A stretch of 64,000 bases of DNA from Candidatus Dormiibacterota bacterium (GCA_003169845.1 PNAG01000028.1:19490-83489), one strand, 5' to 3'. Counted from the first letter of the stretch, positions 20,269 to 29,041 are shown. Made by a program: numbers and translations. The notes: a model not told the origin generated them from the letters alone.

Positions 20269-20823
20269 CTATTTCGTGTTTGCCTTTGCTTTTGCTTTCA
20301 TATCGCGCTTGATCTCCCGCGCGTGCGCCATCGATTCGACCGAGTCCACGTCGGCGACCGTGTGCCACGTCGCCGCGTGCTTCTCCCAGCCGCGCGGCTT
20401 GACCCCGAACTTCTTGGCCAGCACGGCGACCAGGATCTTGACCTTCATGTCCCCAAAGCCCGGCAGCTTCTTGATCCGCGCCGCGAGGTCATCGCCGTCG
20501 CGGGCTTCCGTCCATACCGACCCCGCATCGCCGGCATAGTCGGCCTCGATCACCTGGCACAACGCCTGCGTGCGCTTGGCCATGCTGCCGGGGAATCGGT
20601 GAAGGGCGGGGCGCTCGCGAAAAACCGCCACGAGCTTGTCAGGATCCATCGCCGCGATCTTGCGCACTTCGAGGTGGCCGAGCCGATGCTTCAGCTCGAG
20701 GGGGCCGCCAAACGCCTTCTCCATCTTGACCTGCTGGTCGAGCACGAGCCCTATGAGCAGCGCTAGAGGGTCGGTCTCGAGGAGACGGTTGGCCTCCGGG
20801 TCGCCGGTCCATACGATTGGCAC
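20269..20823 (-). CDS. HhH-GPD-type base-excision DNA repair family protein
   Basis: 184 aa. The pattern LLIGLVLDQQV.MEKAF...PALHRFPGSMA...LPGFGDMK resembles that family. Confidence 0.7.
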   Translation of the reverse strand: MPIVWTGDPEANRLLETDPLALLIGLVLDQQVKMEKAFGGPLELKHRLGHLEVRKIAAMDPDKLVAVFRERPALHRFPGSMAKRTQALCQVIEADYAGDAGSVWTEARDGDDLAARIKKLPGFGDMKVKILVAVLAKKFGVKPRGWEKHAATWHTVADVDSVESMAHAREIKRDMKAKAKANTK

Positions 20824-20895
20824 CCCAGAACTCTATAGCTCTGGGGCACAAACGGCGGCCCGCCGGGCTTAGTACCCTTCGCCGTTATAGCCAGT

Positions 20896-21498
20896 GTGCA
20901 AGCGTCGCCTGACCGGGGGCAGGAGACCTACCAGCCGGGCTCGCGAGAGGACTTCGATCGCCTCTACCGGAGCGCGTATCCGCGCGTCTACCGGACCCTG
21001 ATCGTCATCCTGGGCGACCCGGCGGAAGCCGAGGACTGCGCCCAGGACTCGTTCGTCAAGGCCTTCCACGCGTGGAAGCGCTGGCGGCCGGATGCGCCGG
21101 CGGAGGCCTGGGTCCACAGGATCGCCGTCAACCGGGCGATCTCCTACCGGCGCAGCGCCCGCCTGCGGTCGGCCGGCGAGCTCCTGCGCCGGCTCGGGCG
21201 GCCGGGCGGATCAGCCGATCCCGCCCATGTCGCGACCAGGCCCGACCTGCTGACCGCGCTTCGGTCGATTCCGCCGAAGCTCGCGGCGGCCATCGTCCTC
21301 CGCCACTACCACGGCTACAACAACCGCGAGATCGCGGCTGCGCTGGGGGTCTCGGAGCGCACGATCGGCACTCGCTTGAACCAGGCGGCCGCGCGGTTGC
21401 GTCCACTGCTTGAAGAATCTCGAAGTTCTGCCTTCTCACTTGATGCTGCGGCAGCGTTGTCTTCAGAACAGGAAGTGAGTCCGCATGCCGAGCACTGA
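20896..21498 (+). CDS. ECF-type RNA polymerase sigma-70 factor
   Basis: Region 2 (DAEDCAQDSFVKAF..W) and region 4 HTH (NREIAAALGVSERTIGTRL). Confidence 0.85.
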   Translation: MQASPDRGQETYQPGSREDFDRLYRSAYPRVYRTLIVILGDPAEAEDCAQDSFVKAFHAWKRWRPDAPAEAWVHRIAVNRAISYRRSARLRSAGELLRRLGRPGGSADPAHVATRPDLLTALRSIPPKLAAAIVLRHYHGYNNREIAAALGVSERTIGTRLNQAAARLRPLLEESRSSAFSLDAAAALSSEQEVSPHAEH

Positions 21499-22003
21499 GC
21501 ACAATCGATTGGACCCGGGTTTCGAATGGCGGCTGAAATCCGCCCTGGACCGGATCACTCCACCGGCGTCCTTTCCGCGCTACGCCTCGATGCCGGCAGG
21601 CGGCTTCACACCGTGGCGTATCGCACCCGTCATGCTCGCCGCCGCGACTGCCGTCCTCCTTGCGCTGGCGGCCACGGCCACCACCGGCAGCCCCAACCCG
21701 GCCGTCTGGACCCGCCAGGCCGGCTCGACCATCAGCTCGGTCGAGCATGCAGCCGAAGCGAGCCCCAGCCCGCAGCCCAGCCCGGCGCCACCGCCGTCGG
21801 CTTCACGGAAGGTCGTGGCCCCCGCCGCTCCGCACCAGCCCGAGCACAGCGCCGCGCCGAGGCCTCAACCTTCGGAACACCCCGAGGAGTCGCCGCGACC
21901 TCAGCCGAGCACCTCTCCGAGCCCATCCGAAGATCATTCAGGCTCGAAATCGGCCAACCCCAGCCCCTCGCCAAGTCCATCTCCGGAGTCTGGCGACCAC
22001 TAG
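21485..22003 (+). CDS. Putative anti-sigma factor: single-pass membrane protein with Pro/Ser-rich C-terminal tail
   Basis: Overlaps the sigma gene by 14 nt. One TM segment (IAPVMLAAATAVLLALAATA), followed by a low-complexity SPSP/PQPS region. Confidence 0.45.
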   Translation: MPSTEHNRLDPGFEWRLKSALDRITPPASFPRYASMPAGGFTPWRIAPVMLAAATAVLLALAATATTGSPNPAVWTRQAGSTISSVEHAAEASPSPQPSPAPPPSASRKVVAPAAPHQPEHSAAPRPQPSEHPEESPRPQPSTSPSPSEDHSGSKSANPSPSPSPSPESGDH

Positions 22004-22073
22004 CTCGAACCTTCCGACTTTCCGGATGCCGGGCGTTACTAGGCATTCACATAGGTCAACAAGGAGGACAAAC

Positions 22074-22514
22074 GTGCCCAGAAAGACGATGTTCAAGATC
22101 GGAGTTGCCACGGCCGCGGCCGCGGTAGCCGCGATCCTGGCGATCACCTCGGCATTCGCTCACGGGACCCCGACGACAACCGGACGCTCGATTGTCGCCA
22201 CCATCGTGAACACGGCCGCCGGGGCGGGCCTGACATCCAACGACTCGACCGCGTCGACGACGCTCACCGACGAGCAGACCGCGGACGCGGAGGAGGCTGC
22301 CGAGCTCGCGGCCAAGATCGCAGCCGAGCAGCAGCAGGAAGCGGCCGCGCTGGCTGCAAAGCAAGCCGCGCTGGCGGCGGAGCAGGCCGCGGAAGCCGCC
22401 AAGGCAACGGATACCGATAAGGACGCCTCGGAGGTCGAGCAAGCAGACACCGACCAGGAGTCGGCTCAGAAGACCGAGACCGACAGCTCAGGCGGCGACC
22501 ACCAGGGCGACTGA
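22074..22514 (+). CDS. Hypothetical secreted Ala/Glu/Gln-rich acidic protein
   Basis: GTG start 6 nt after AAGGAGG. Signal-peptide-like KIGVATAAAAVAAILAITSAFA, followed by AEQQQEAAALAAKQAALAAEQAAEAAKA. Confidence 0.45.
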   Translation: MPRKTMFKIGVATAAAAVAAILAITSAFAHGTPTTTGRSIVATIVNTAAGAGLTSNDSTASTTLTDEQTADAEEAAELAAKIAAEQQQEAAALAAKQAALAAEQAAEAAKATDTDKDASEVEQADTDQESAQKTETDSSGGDHQGD

Positions 22515-22528
22515 CCCAAACCGATCGC

Positions 22529-22593
22529 TTTCCCTCCCCCGCCAGGGGGAGGGAAGGGGTGGGGGGCGACCTGAGCCCGCTACCCCCTCCGCC
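22529..22593 (+). repeat. G/C-rich palindromic repeat, copy A
   Basis: Perfect 10 bp arms TCCCTCCCCC-GCCA-GGGGGAGGGA, followed by AGGGGTGGGGGGCGACCTGAGC. Lies between convergent genes and supplies the last codons of the FeS subunit. Confidence 0.75.
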
Positions 22594-23449
22594 TTTGCAC
22601 GAACTCGAACCCGAATCGTCCTTTCACGCACAGGTGTCCCTCGGTGACGCTGTGGTCGAGCGGCGAGGTCACTTTCACGATCGAGTTGTCCTGCACGTGA
22701 AGCTCGAGCATGCAGCCGACCCCGCAGTAAGGGCACACCGTCTCGGTCACCGTCTGCTGTGACTCGTCCCAGGTGCCGGCCTGGCGCATGTCGTACTCGC
22801 TCTTGAACATCAGCGCGCCGGTCGGACACACGCCGATGCAGTTTCCGCAGTAGACGCAGGCGGATTCGGGCAGCGGCGCGGTGAACTCCGTCGCGATGTG
22901 AGCGTCGAAGCCGCGGCCCGCCACACCGATCGCGAAAGTGTTCTGAGCATCTGCGCCACACGCCTCGACGCACTTGTAGCAGAGGATGCAGCGCGAGTAG
23001 TCGCGGACATAGAGGTCGTTGTCAATCTTCACCGGCTGCGCAACCGTCGCGACGTTTTCGCCAAAGCGCTCCGGGGTAGCTCCGTACCGCCGCATCCATC
23101 CATGGACCTGCGGCGAGCACAGCGACATGTCAACCGATGACGCGAGGAGCTCGAGCACGAGGCGCCGGCTGTGACGCACCCGCTCCGAGTCGGTCTGGAT
23201 CTTCATGCCCGCCTCGACCGTGCGCGAGCAGGCCGGGACCAGCACGCGCGACCCCTCCACCTCGACCACGCAAACACGGCAGACGTTGACCGGCGTCAGC
23301 GTCTCGAGCTGGCACAGAGTCGGCGTGTCGATGCGAAGCTGCCGGCACGCGTCGAGGATGGTCGCGCCCTCGAGCACGTCCATCTCCTGGCCGTCGATGC
23401 TCACCTTGACCAACCGCTTCGGCAGACCGACGAATACTCGCTCAGCCAT
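22580..23449 (-). CDS. Formate dehydrogenase Fe-S subunit (N-terminal NuoG-like part of FdhA)
   Basis: 289 aa carrying a 2Fe-2S ferredoxin domain, two 4Fe-4S motifs and the molybdopterin-type 4Fe-4S domain. Motifs: CRVC.., CILCYKCVEAC, CVYCGNCIGVCP, then CPYCGVGC...LCVKGRFGFEF. The ORF stops where the catalytic domain normally begins. Confidence 0.8.
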   Translation of the reverse strand: MAERVFVGLPKRLVKVSIDGQEMDVLEGATILDACRQLRIDTPTLCQLETLTPVNVCRVCVVEVEGSRVLVPACSRTVEAGMKIQTDSERVRHSRRLVLELLASSVDMSLCSPQVHGWMRRYGATPERFGENVATVAQPVKIDNDLYVRDYSRCILCYKCVEACGADAQNTFAIGVAGRGFDAHIATEFTAPLPESACVYCGNCIGVCPTGALMFKSEYDMRQAGTWDESQQTVTETVCPYCGVGCMLELHVQDNSIVKVTSPLDHSVTEGHLCVKGRFGFEFVQRRRG

Positions 23450-25232
23450 TGATCACCTTGAGCTGTGTGAGTCCCGACGCGATCGCGTTCGCCGCCGTCT
23501 GGCCCAGCCCACAGATCGACGCATCGCGCATCGCCTGCGCGATGTCGCTCAGAAGGCTCATGTCGGAGTCGCGTGCCTCTCCGTTGCGATCGCTGAGCAG
23601 CCGGTGCAGGACCTCTTCCTGCCGCACCGTGCCGACGCGACAGGGCACGCACTGCCCGCACGACTCATCGCGGAAAAACCGCGCGATGCGAAGCAGGATC
23701 TGCTTCACGTCGGCGGAGTCGTCGAGAACGATCACGGCGCCGGATCCAAGGGTCGCCCCGATCGCGCGCGTCCCCTCGAAGCTGAGCGGGACGTCGAGCT
23801 GCCGCTCGGTGACGAACGAACCGGCCGCTCCGCCGAGCAGCACCGCTTGCAGGCTGTGGCCGTCGCGCAGGCCGCCGGCGAGGTCGATCAGCGCCCGCAG
23901 CGTCGTGCCCATGGGGACCTCGTAGAGGCCAGGTTCGCGTACGTGGCCCGAGAGGCAGAAAAGCCGCGTCCCGGTGGAGTCGGGAGTGCCGGTCGCCGCA
24001 AAAGCGGCTCCTCCCTCGACGACGATGTCCAGCACGTTGACCAGCGTCTCCACGTTGTTGACGAGCGTCGGCTTGCCAAAGAGACCCGCCTGCACCGGGA
24101 ACGGCGGCTTGTTGCGCGGCTCGCCGCGCTTTCCCTCGATCGAGTTGAAAAGCGCAGTCTCCTCGCCGCATATGTAGGCTCCCGCGCCCCGGCGGACCTC
24201 GATGTCGCAATCTAGAAATCCACGCGCGCGAGCCTGGTCGATAGCGTTTTCGATCCGACGCCTCGCCAGCGGATACTCACCTCGGACGTACAGGTAGCCC
24301 TTCTCACACCCGGTGGCAAACGCGGCGATAGTCATCCCCTCGATCACAGCGAATGGATCACGCTCCATCAGCTCGCGGTCCTTGAAGGTTCCGGGTTCGG
24401 ACTCGTCCGCGTTGCACACGATGTAGTGAGGGCGGACCGGGGCTTTCGACACGGAATCCCACTTGCGCCCGGTTGGGAACGCCGCACCTCCTCGGCCGAG
24501 CAGCTTCGCTTCCGTCACCTGGCGGATGACGCCTTCAGGACCGAGCTCGATCGCCCGCCGCAGCGCGGCGTAGCCGCCATGCTCGCGGTAGCTGTCGATG
24601 CTCTCGGGATCGACGACACCAATCCGCCGCAAGAGCTTGCGTGGACGGTCAGGCAGCGCGGGGACTTCTGCTTGAGGCCAATCGCTTCCACGCAGGATGT
24701 CCTGCGCCACGTCGATGGTGAGGGGCGCCACCTGGCGCTCGTCGTGAGCTGCTCCCGCACGCTCCACCAGAGCCGCCGGTGCTCGGTCGCACAGGCCGAG
24801 ACAGGGGCTGCGATGCCACGTCTTGCCCGCCGGACCGGCGGTCTTTTCGAGCGCCTCGCACAGGGCGTCGGCGCCCGCGCACTTGCAGGCGATGTCATCG
24901 CAGACGTGAAGCACGAGGGGCGGCCTTTCGTCGAGCGCAAAGCGTCCGTAGAAGCTCACGACTCCGTAGGCCTCTGCCGGGGGGATCGACAACCTGCGGC
25001 ATGCGTACTCCAGTCCGCCACGGCTGACCCAGCCGACTCTGTCCTGGATCGCGTGAAGCACCGGGAGCAGCAGCGGGCGCCGAGACCGCGCGGCGGCGCC
25101 GCCGAAGCCGACGTGGTCGTCCTCCGGCCGGCGCGTCCCACCCTCCCAGAGCGAAGCGGGGTCGCCGAGCAAGCCGTCGACCGCCGCGATCTCCTCGGCC
25201 GTCGGTGGCCCCCCGGTGGTCCGGATGTCCAC
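23442..25232 (-). CDS. NAD-linked formate dehydrogenase diaphorase subunit (NuoE-like + NuoF-like fusion)
   Basis: 596 aa with an N-terminal thioredoxin-like 2Fe-2S part (VCDDIACKC...CLGLCD). The NuoF FMN/NADH core follows (GRGGAAFPTGRKW, ESCGQCVPCR). Confidence 0.85.
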   Translation of the reverse strand: MDIRTTGGPPTAEEIAAVDGLLGDPASLWEGGTRRPEDDHVGFGGAAARSRRPLLLPVLHAIQDRVGWVSRGGLEYACRRLSIPPAEAYGVVSFYGRFALDERPPLVLHVCDDIACKCAGADALCEALEKTAGPAGKTWHRSPCLGLCDRAPAALVERAGAAHDERQVAPLTIDVAQDILRGSDWPQAEVPALPDRPRKLLRRIGVVDPESIDSYREHGGYAALRRAIELGPEGVIRQVTEAKLLGRGGAAFPTGRKWDSVSKAPVRPHYIVCNADESEPGTFKDRELMERDPFAVIEGMTIAAFATGCEKGYLYVRGEYPLARRRIENAIDQARARGFLDCDIEVRRGAGAYICGEETALFNSIEGKRGEPRNKPPFPVQAGLFGKPTLVNNVETLVNVLDIVVEGGAAFAATGTPDSTGTRLFCLSGHVREPGLYEVPMGTTLRALIDLAGGLRDGHSLQAVLLGGAAGSFVTERQLDVPLSFEGTRAIGATLGSGAVIVLDDSADVKQILLRIARFFRDESCGQCVPCRVGTVRQEEVLHRLLSDRNGEARDSDMSLLSDIAQAMRDASICGLGQTAANAIASGLTQLKVING

Positions 25233-27166
25233 TAGGTTCTGATGCCTGCGGGCAGCTTCTCGATCCTGATCGCGCTGGCTTTGAACTCGGCCGTGCCTGA
25301 CTTGGGATCGGTCGCGTCGATGGTGAGGACGTTGGTGGCCACCTGGTCGGGAAAGTGAAGCGTGAGGAACGCCAGGCCCGGCCGCAGCGATTCGTCAAAC
25401 CGGATCGGCACCTCGACCGACCCTCGGCGCGAGCTGGCAAGGACCCGCTCGCCGTCATGGATGCCGAGCCGCTCGCCGTCCGCCGGCGAGATCAGGAGCG
25501 CCTCCCTCTTGCGCAGCGGCGAGCTGTATTGGTTGCTCTGCACGCCGGTGTTGAACGAGTCGAGCCGCCGGCCGGTGGTGAGCCGGATTGGAAAGTCCTT
25601 CGTCAGGCGGTCGACTGGCGGGTCGTGCTCCACGGCGTGAAACGGTGCCGGCATCCCTTCGACAGGGTCCTTCCACAATCGCGCGTGCAGGAACTGAGTG
25701 CCTGGGTGCGACTCGTCTGGGCAGGGCCACTGGATTCCGCCAAGCTCGTCGAGCCGCGCGTACGACATCCCGGCGTGCATCGGCGAAAGCTCGCGGCACT
25801 CATCCCACACCTGCTCGGCGGTCGGGCGACCCCAGTCGCACCCGAGCCGGCGAGCGAGCTCGCCGATGATCTCGAGATCGTCACGGGCCCCGACCGGCGG
25901 CTCCAGCGCACGGCGAACGCGCTGCACGCGCCGCTCGCTGTTGGTGACCGTGCCGTCGGACTCCGCCCAGCCGGCCGTCGCGGGCAGCACGACGTGAGCC
26001 AGCTCCGCCGTTTGGGTCAGGAAGATGTCCTGCACGACCAGGTGCTCGAGGCCGCCGAGCAGTCGAACCGCGCGAGTTTGGTCCGCCTCGCTGCGCGCCG
26101 GGTTCTCGCCCACGATGTAGGCCGCTGTCAGCTCGCCATGCTCCATAGCGTCGAACATCTCGCTGAGGTGGTAGCCCTTCTTGTCGGGAAACTGAGCGCC
26201 GCCCCACGCGCGTGAGAACTTGGCGTGGATGTCAGGTTCCTGGAGGTCCTGGAACCCGGGCAGCCGGGCGGGGATGGCGCCCATGTCACCGCCTCCCTGG
26301 ACGTTGTTCTGGCCGCGCAGCGGATTCAGGCCGCAGCCGTAGCGGCCGACCTTGCCGGTGAGCAGCGCGAGGTTGATCAGCGCCAGCACGTTGTCGGTGG
26401 CGTTGTGATGCTCGGTGATGCCAAGCGTCCAGCAGATCATCGCCCGTTCGGCGCGCGCGTATTCGAGCGCGACGTCCCTGATCGCGTCTGCAGGCACCCC
26501 GGTTTCTTTCTCAGCAACCTCGAGCGTGTAAGCCTCGACGCAGCGGGCGAACTCCTCATAGCCCGTCGTGGCCCGCTCGATAAACTCCTTGTTCGCCAGG
26601 CCCGCGTGGATGATCACGCGCGCCATTGCGTTGGCCAGCGCGATGTCGCTGCCAACATCGATGCCCAGCCACACGTCGGCCCACTGCGCGGAGCTGGTGC
26701 GCCGCGGATCCACCGCCACCAGGCGTGCTCCGTTACGGACGCCGCGGAGCAGGTGATGGAAGAAGATCGGGTGCGTCTCGCGCGCGTTGGAGCCCCACAG
26801 GATCACGAGGTTCGTTTCCTCAGCCTCGCGATACGAGCTGGTTCCTCCTCCGGCTCCGAACACTGTCGCCAGACCGGCGACGCTTGGAGCGTGTCAAGTC
26901 CGGTTGCAGCTGTCGATGTTGTTGCTGTGCATCACGGCGCGAGTGAACTTCTGCGCGATGTAGTTCATCTCGTTGCTCTGCTTGGAGCAGCTGAACATCC
27001 CGAAAGCGTTCGGCCCTCGGGTCCTGGCCGTCGCGAAGCCGGCCGCGGCCAGCTCGAGCGCCTCCTCCCAGGAAGCGGGGCGCAGCCGCCCACCTTCTCT
27101 GACGAGAGGCTCGGCCAGACGGACGAGCCCGTCATCCATGAGAAGGACAATATAGGAGCGTGCCAC
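25232..27166 (-). CDS. fdhA: Formate dehydrogenase catalytic (Mo/W-bis-PGD) subunit, selenocysteine at in-frame TGA 26894-26896
   Basis: ORFs 26894..27166 and 25232..26863 share one frame. Read-through gives NNIDSCNRT-U-HAPSVAGLATVFGAGGG, and a SECIS-like hairpin follows. The start may be ATG at 27139. Confidence 0.8.
26865..26881 (-). promoter_or_regulatory. SECIS-like stem-loop (GUCGCC-GGUCU-GGCGAC) 12 nt downstream of the UGA
   Basis: Perfect 6 bp stem. The GGUCU loop sits at codon +7 after the UGA, the same offset I recall for the E. coli fdhF SECIS. Confidence 0.65.
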
Positions 27167-27176
27167 GCTGTGAGCT

Positions 27177-27716
27177 ATGAGCGACGAACATAATCGGCCG
27201 CTAGCCGAAACTGTCGTTCTGGTTCCAGCGCTCGACGTAGGTCAGTTGGTGCACGAGCTTCGGATGCAGCACGACCCAAGTGCTGCCGCTGGAATACCTC
27301 CCCACGTCACCCTGATGTTTCCATTCATGCCTCCATCAGATCTAAATGCACCTGCAATTGACACGCTTGACAGAGTTATCAGCAGCGCGGGAGCTTTCCA
27401 GTTTTCTCTAACGGGGGTGAACCAATTCGAACAGGGTGTCGTCTACCTAGAGCCAGAACCTGTCGAGCCCTTTGCCCGCCTGACGAGAGAGATCAGTCGG
27501 CAGTTCGGCATTCTGCCTTTCGACGGTGATTTCGGGGACGAGCCAGTGGTTCATCTAACCGTCGCAGTAGTTGAGTCAGCCTCAATACGTCAGCAGCTAG
27601 CAACCCAGCTAGGCGGCGTAGTCCCGATTGTCATCAAAGCTGAAGAAGCGTGGCTCATGGTTGGCACCAATGCCAGCACATGGAACATCGTTCGAAAGAT
27701 GCGGTTTCGCAGCTGA
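27177..27716 (+). CDS. 2H-phosphoesterase / 2'-5' RNA ligase (LigT-like) family protein
   Basis: 179 aa with two H-x-T-x motifs (PHVTLMF and VHLTVAV). Visibly lower GC than the flanking sequence. Confidence 0.65.
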   Translation: MSDEHNRPLAETVVLVPALDVGQLVHELRMQHDPSAAAGIPPHVTLMFPFMPPSDLNAPAIDTLDRVISSAGAFQFSLTGVNQFEQGVVYLEPEPVEPFARLTREISRQFGILPFDGDFGDEPVVHLTVAVVESASIRQQLATQLGGVVPIVIKAEEAWLMVGTNASTWNIVRKMRFRS

Positions 27717-27729
27717 ATCCCGCGCGACG

Positions 27730-29013
27730 CTAGCTGTTGGGTGCGGCCCGCGCCTCAGCAAAAGCGCACGCATCCGCGATCAGGCTAACCGCGTAGCTGA
27801 ACTGCATCGCCTCGCCGCCCCACAGCGACAAAGGCGTGCTCGGACCGATGTCCGGATGCCTGTGCGCGCTCACCGGATCTCGAGCCGGTGGCTGGATCAC
27901 ATGTCCGTCGTCTGTCTCGAATGAAAATCCGCCCACTATTTTGCGGATGCGATACGCACCCGAGTGGTGACGCCGGTGATGAAACCCGCACAAAAGCAGG
28001 AGGTTGTCCAGGTTGGTTTCGCCACCGAGCGCCCAATGCTCATGGTGATGAGCTTCTGTACGGTACGCCGGCACGCCACAACCAGGAAACCGGCAGAAGC
28101 GATCTCTCACGTGGACCGCCAGGCGCAGCCGGTCCGGCACCATGCGCTGCTTGCGGCCGACATCGATCGGCAATCCATCCCTTTCGGTCACACCGATCAC
28201 CTCGGCCTCGCAGCCGATTCGCCGCGCCGCGCCGGCCGACAGCGCTGAACCGCCTTCGACAAAACACCGTCCTGCGCTCTCCCCGGTGAGCACCCCAACG
28301 TCGACATGCACCACGACCTGGCGTGCTGCAGTCGACGTGACCAGGTTCTCCGCCCCACCCGCGACCACGTGCTCGCACATCGCCACCAAGGCATCAACTT
28401 TGCGCGCCGCCCAGCGGTCGTCGGCCGGCTCCGGCACCGGCCGCGATCCGGTGATCGACTCCAGCGCAGCCTGCACCACGGCGGCATCTTCGGGCGTGAG
28501 CCTGGCCACGAGCTCGAGCATGCCGTGCTCGTCCCAGTGCATCCAGATCCCTCGCCGCGAGAGATGGTCTTCGGCTTGCTCGGGAGCATCGGCCTCGGCG
28601 ATCCGTCGCAGCGAACGGCAGATCCTCGCCAGCTGGGCGCCAGATGCGCCTTGCGCAATCTCGAGCAGAAACTCATCCGTCGCGGGAGTCGCCACCGTCG
28701 TGATCTGCCGGACCTTGTCGAACGACAGCTGCCCGGCCTCGAACGCCGCGGCTATCTTTGGTAGCAACCTCATCGCCTGACCAACTCGCAGCAACTCGGC
28801 GCCGGTGTGCATATCGAACCCGGTCTTGATCGTCAGCCAGTGTGGGAAGGACCGGATTCCACCACCGCTCCAGCCACCGATCGCATCGAACTCGACGCTC
28901 GCTTTGGCGACCTGTGCCAGCGCCACGTGGGCGTAGGCCGAGACCTCGCCGATCCGGTCGTCAAGAGCCTTTGCGAGGTCCTGATTCTCTGGGCTGGTCG
29001 ACGCGTACTCCAC
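27730..29013 (-). CDS. DUF222-type HNH endonuclease (13E12-repeat-like family), paralog 2
   Basis: 427 aa. HNH/Zn motif CRFPGCGVP..HHHEHW..GGETNLDNLLLLCGFHHRRHH; N-terminal DUF222-like region. Confidence 0.8.
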   Translation of the reverse strand: MEYASTSPENQDLAKALDDRIGEVSAYAHVALAQVAKASVEFDAIGGWSGGGIRSFPHWLTIKTGFDMHTGAELLRVGQAMRLLPKIAAAFEAGQLSFDKVRQITTVATPATDEFLLEIAQGASGAQLARICRSLRRIAEADAPEQAEDHLSRRGIWMHWDEHGMLELVARLTPEDAAVVQAALESITGSRPVPEPADDRWAARKVDALVAMCEHVVAGGAENLVTSTAARQVVVHVDVGVLTGESAGRCFVEGGSALSAGAARRIGCEAEVIGVTERDGLPIDVGRKQRMVPDRLRLAVHVRDRFCRFPGCGVPAYRTEAHHHEHWALGGETNLDNLLLLCGFHHRRHHSGAYRIRKIVGGFSFETDDGHVIQPPARDPVSAHRHPDIGPSTPLSLWGGEAMQFSYAVSLIADACAFAEARAAPNS

Positions 29014-29020
29014 ACATCAA

Positions 29021-29041
29021 ACTATACCAAACAGACGTTCG
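29021..29041 (-). promoter_or_regulatory. SOS-box-like site plus -10 element for HNH paralog 2
   Basis: Minus strand reads CGAACGTCTGTTTGG-TATAGT-7 nt-GTG. GAAC-N4-GTTT lies at 29029-29040, nearly identical to the site at 5384-5395. Confidence 0.5.

Noticed and set aside
20823-20846. Inverted repeat CCCCAGA-N10-TCTGGGG at the start of the HhH-GPD gene, in the region divergent from the ECF sigma gene.
   Set aside because: The arms are only 7 bp in a GC-rich background, and the repeat overlaps the GTG start codon itself. There is no second copy or recognisable ECF -35/-10 (GGAAC..CGTT) nearby, so it could be chance.
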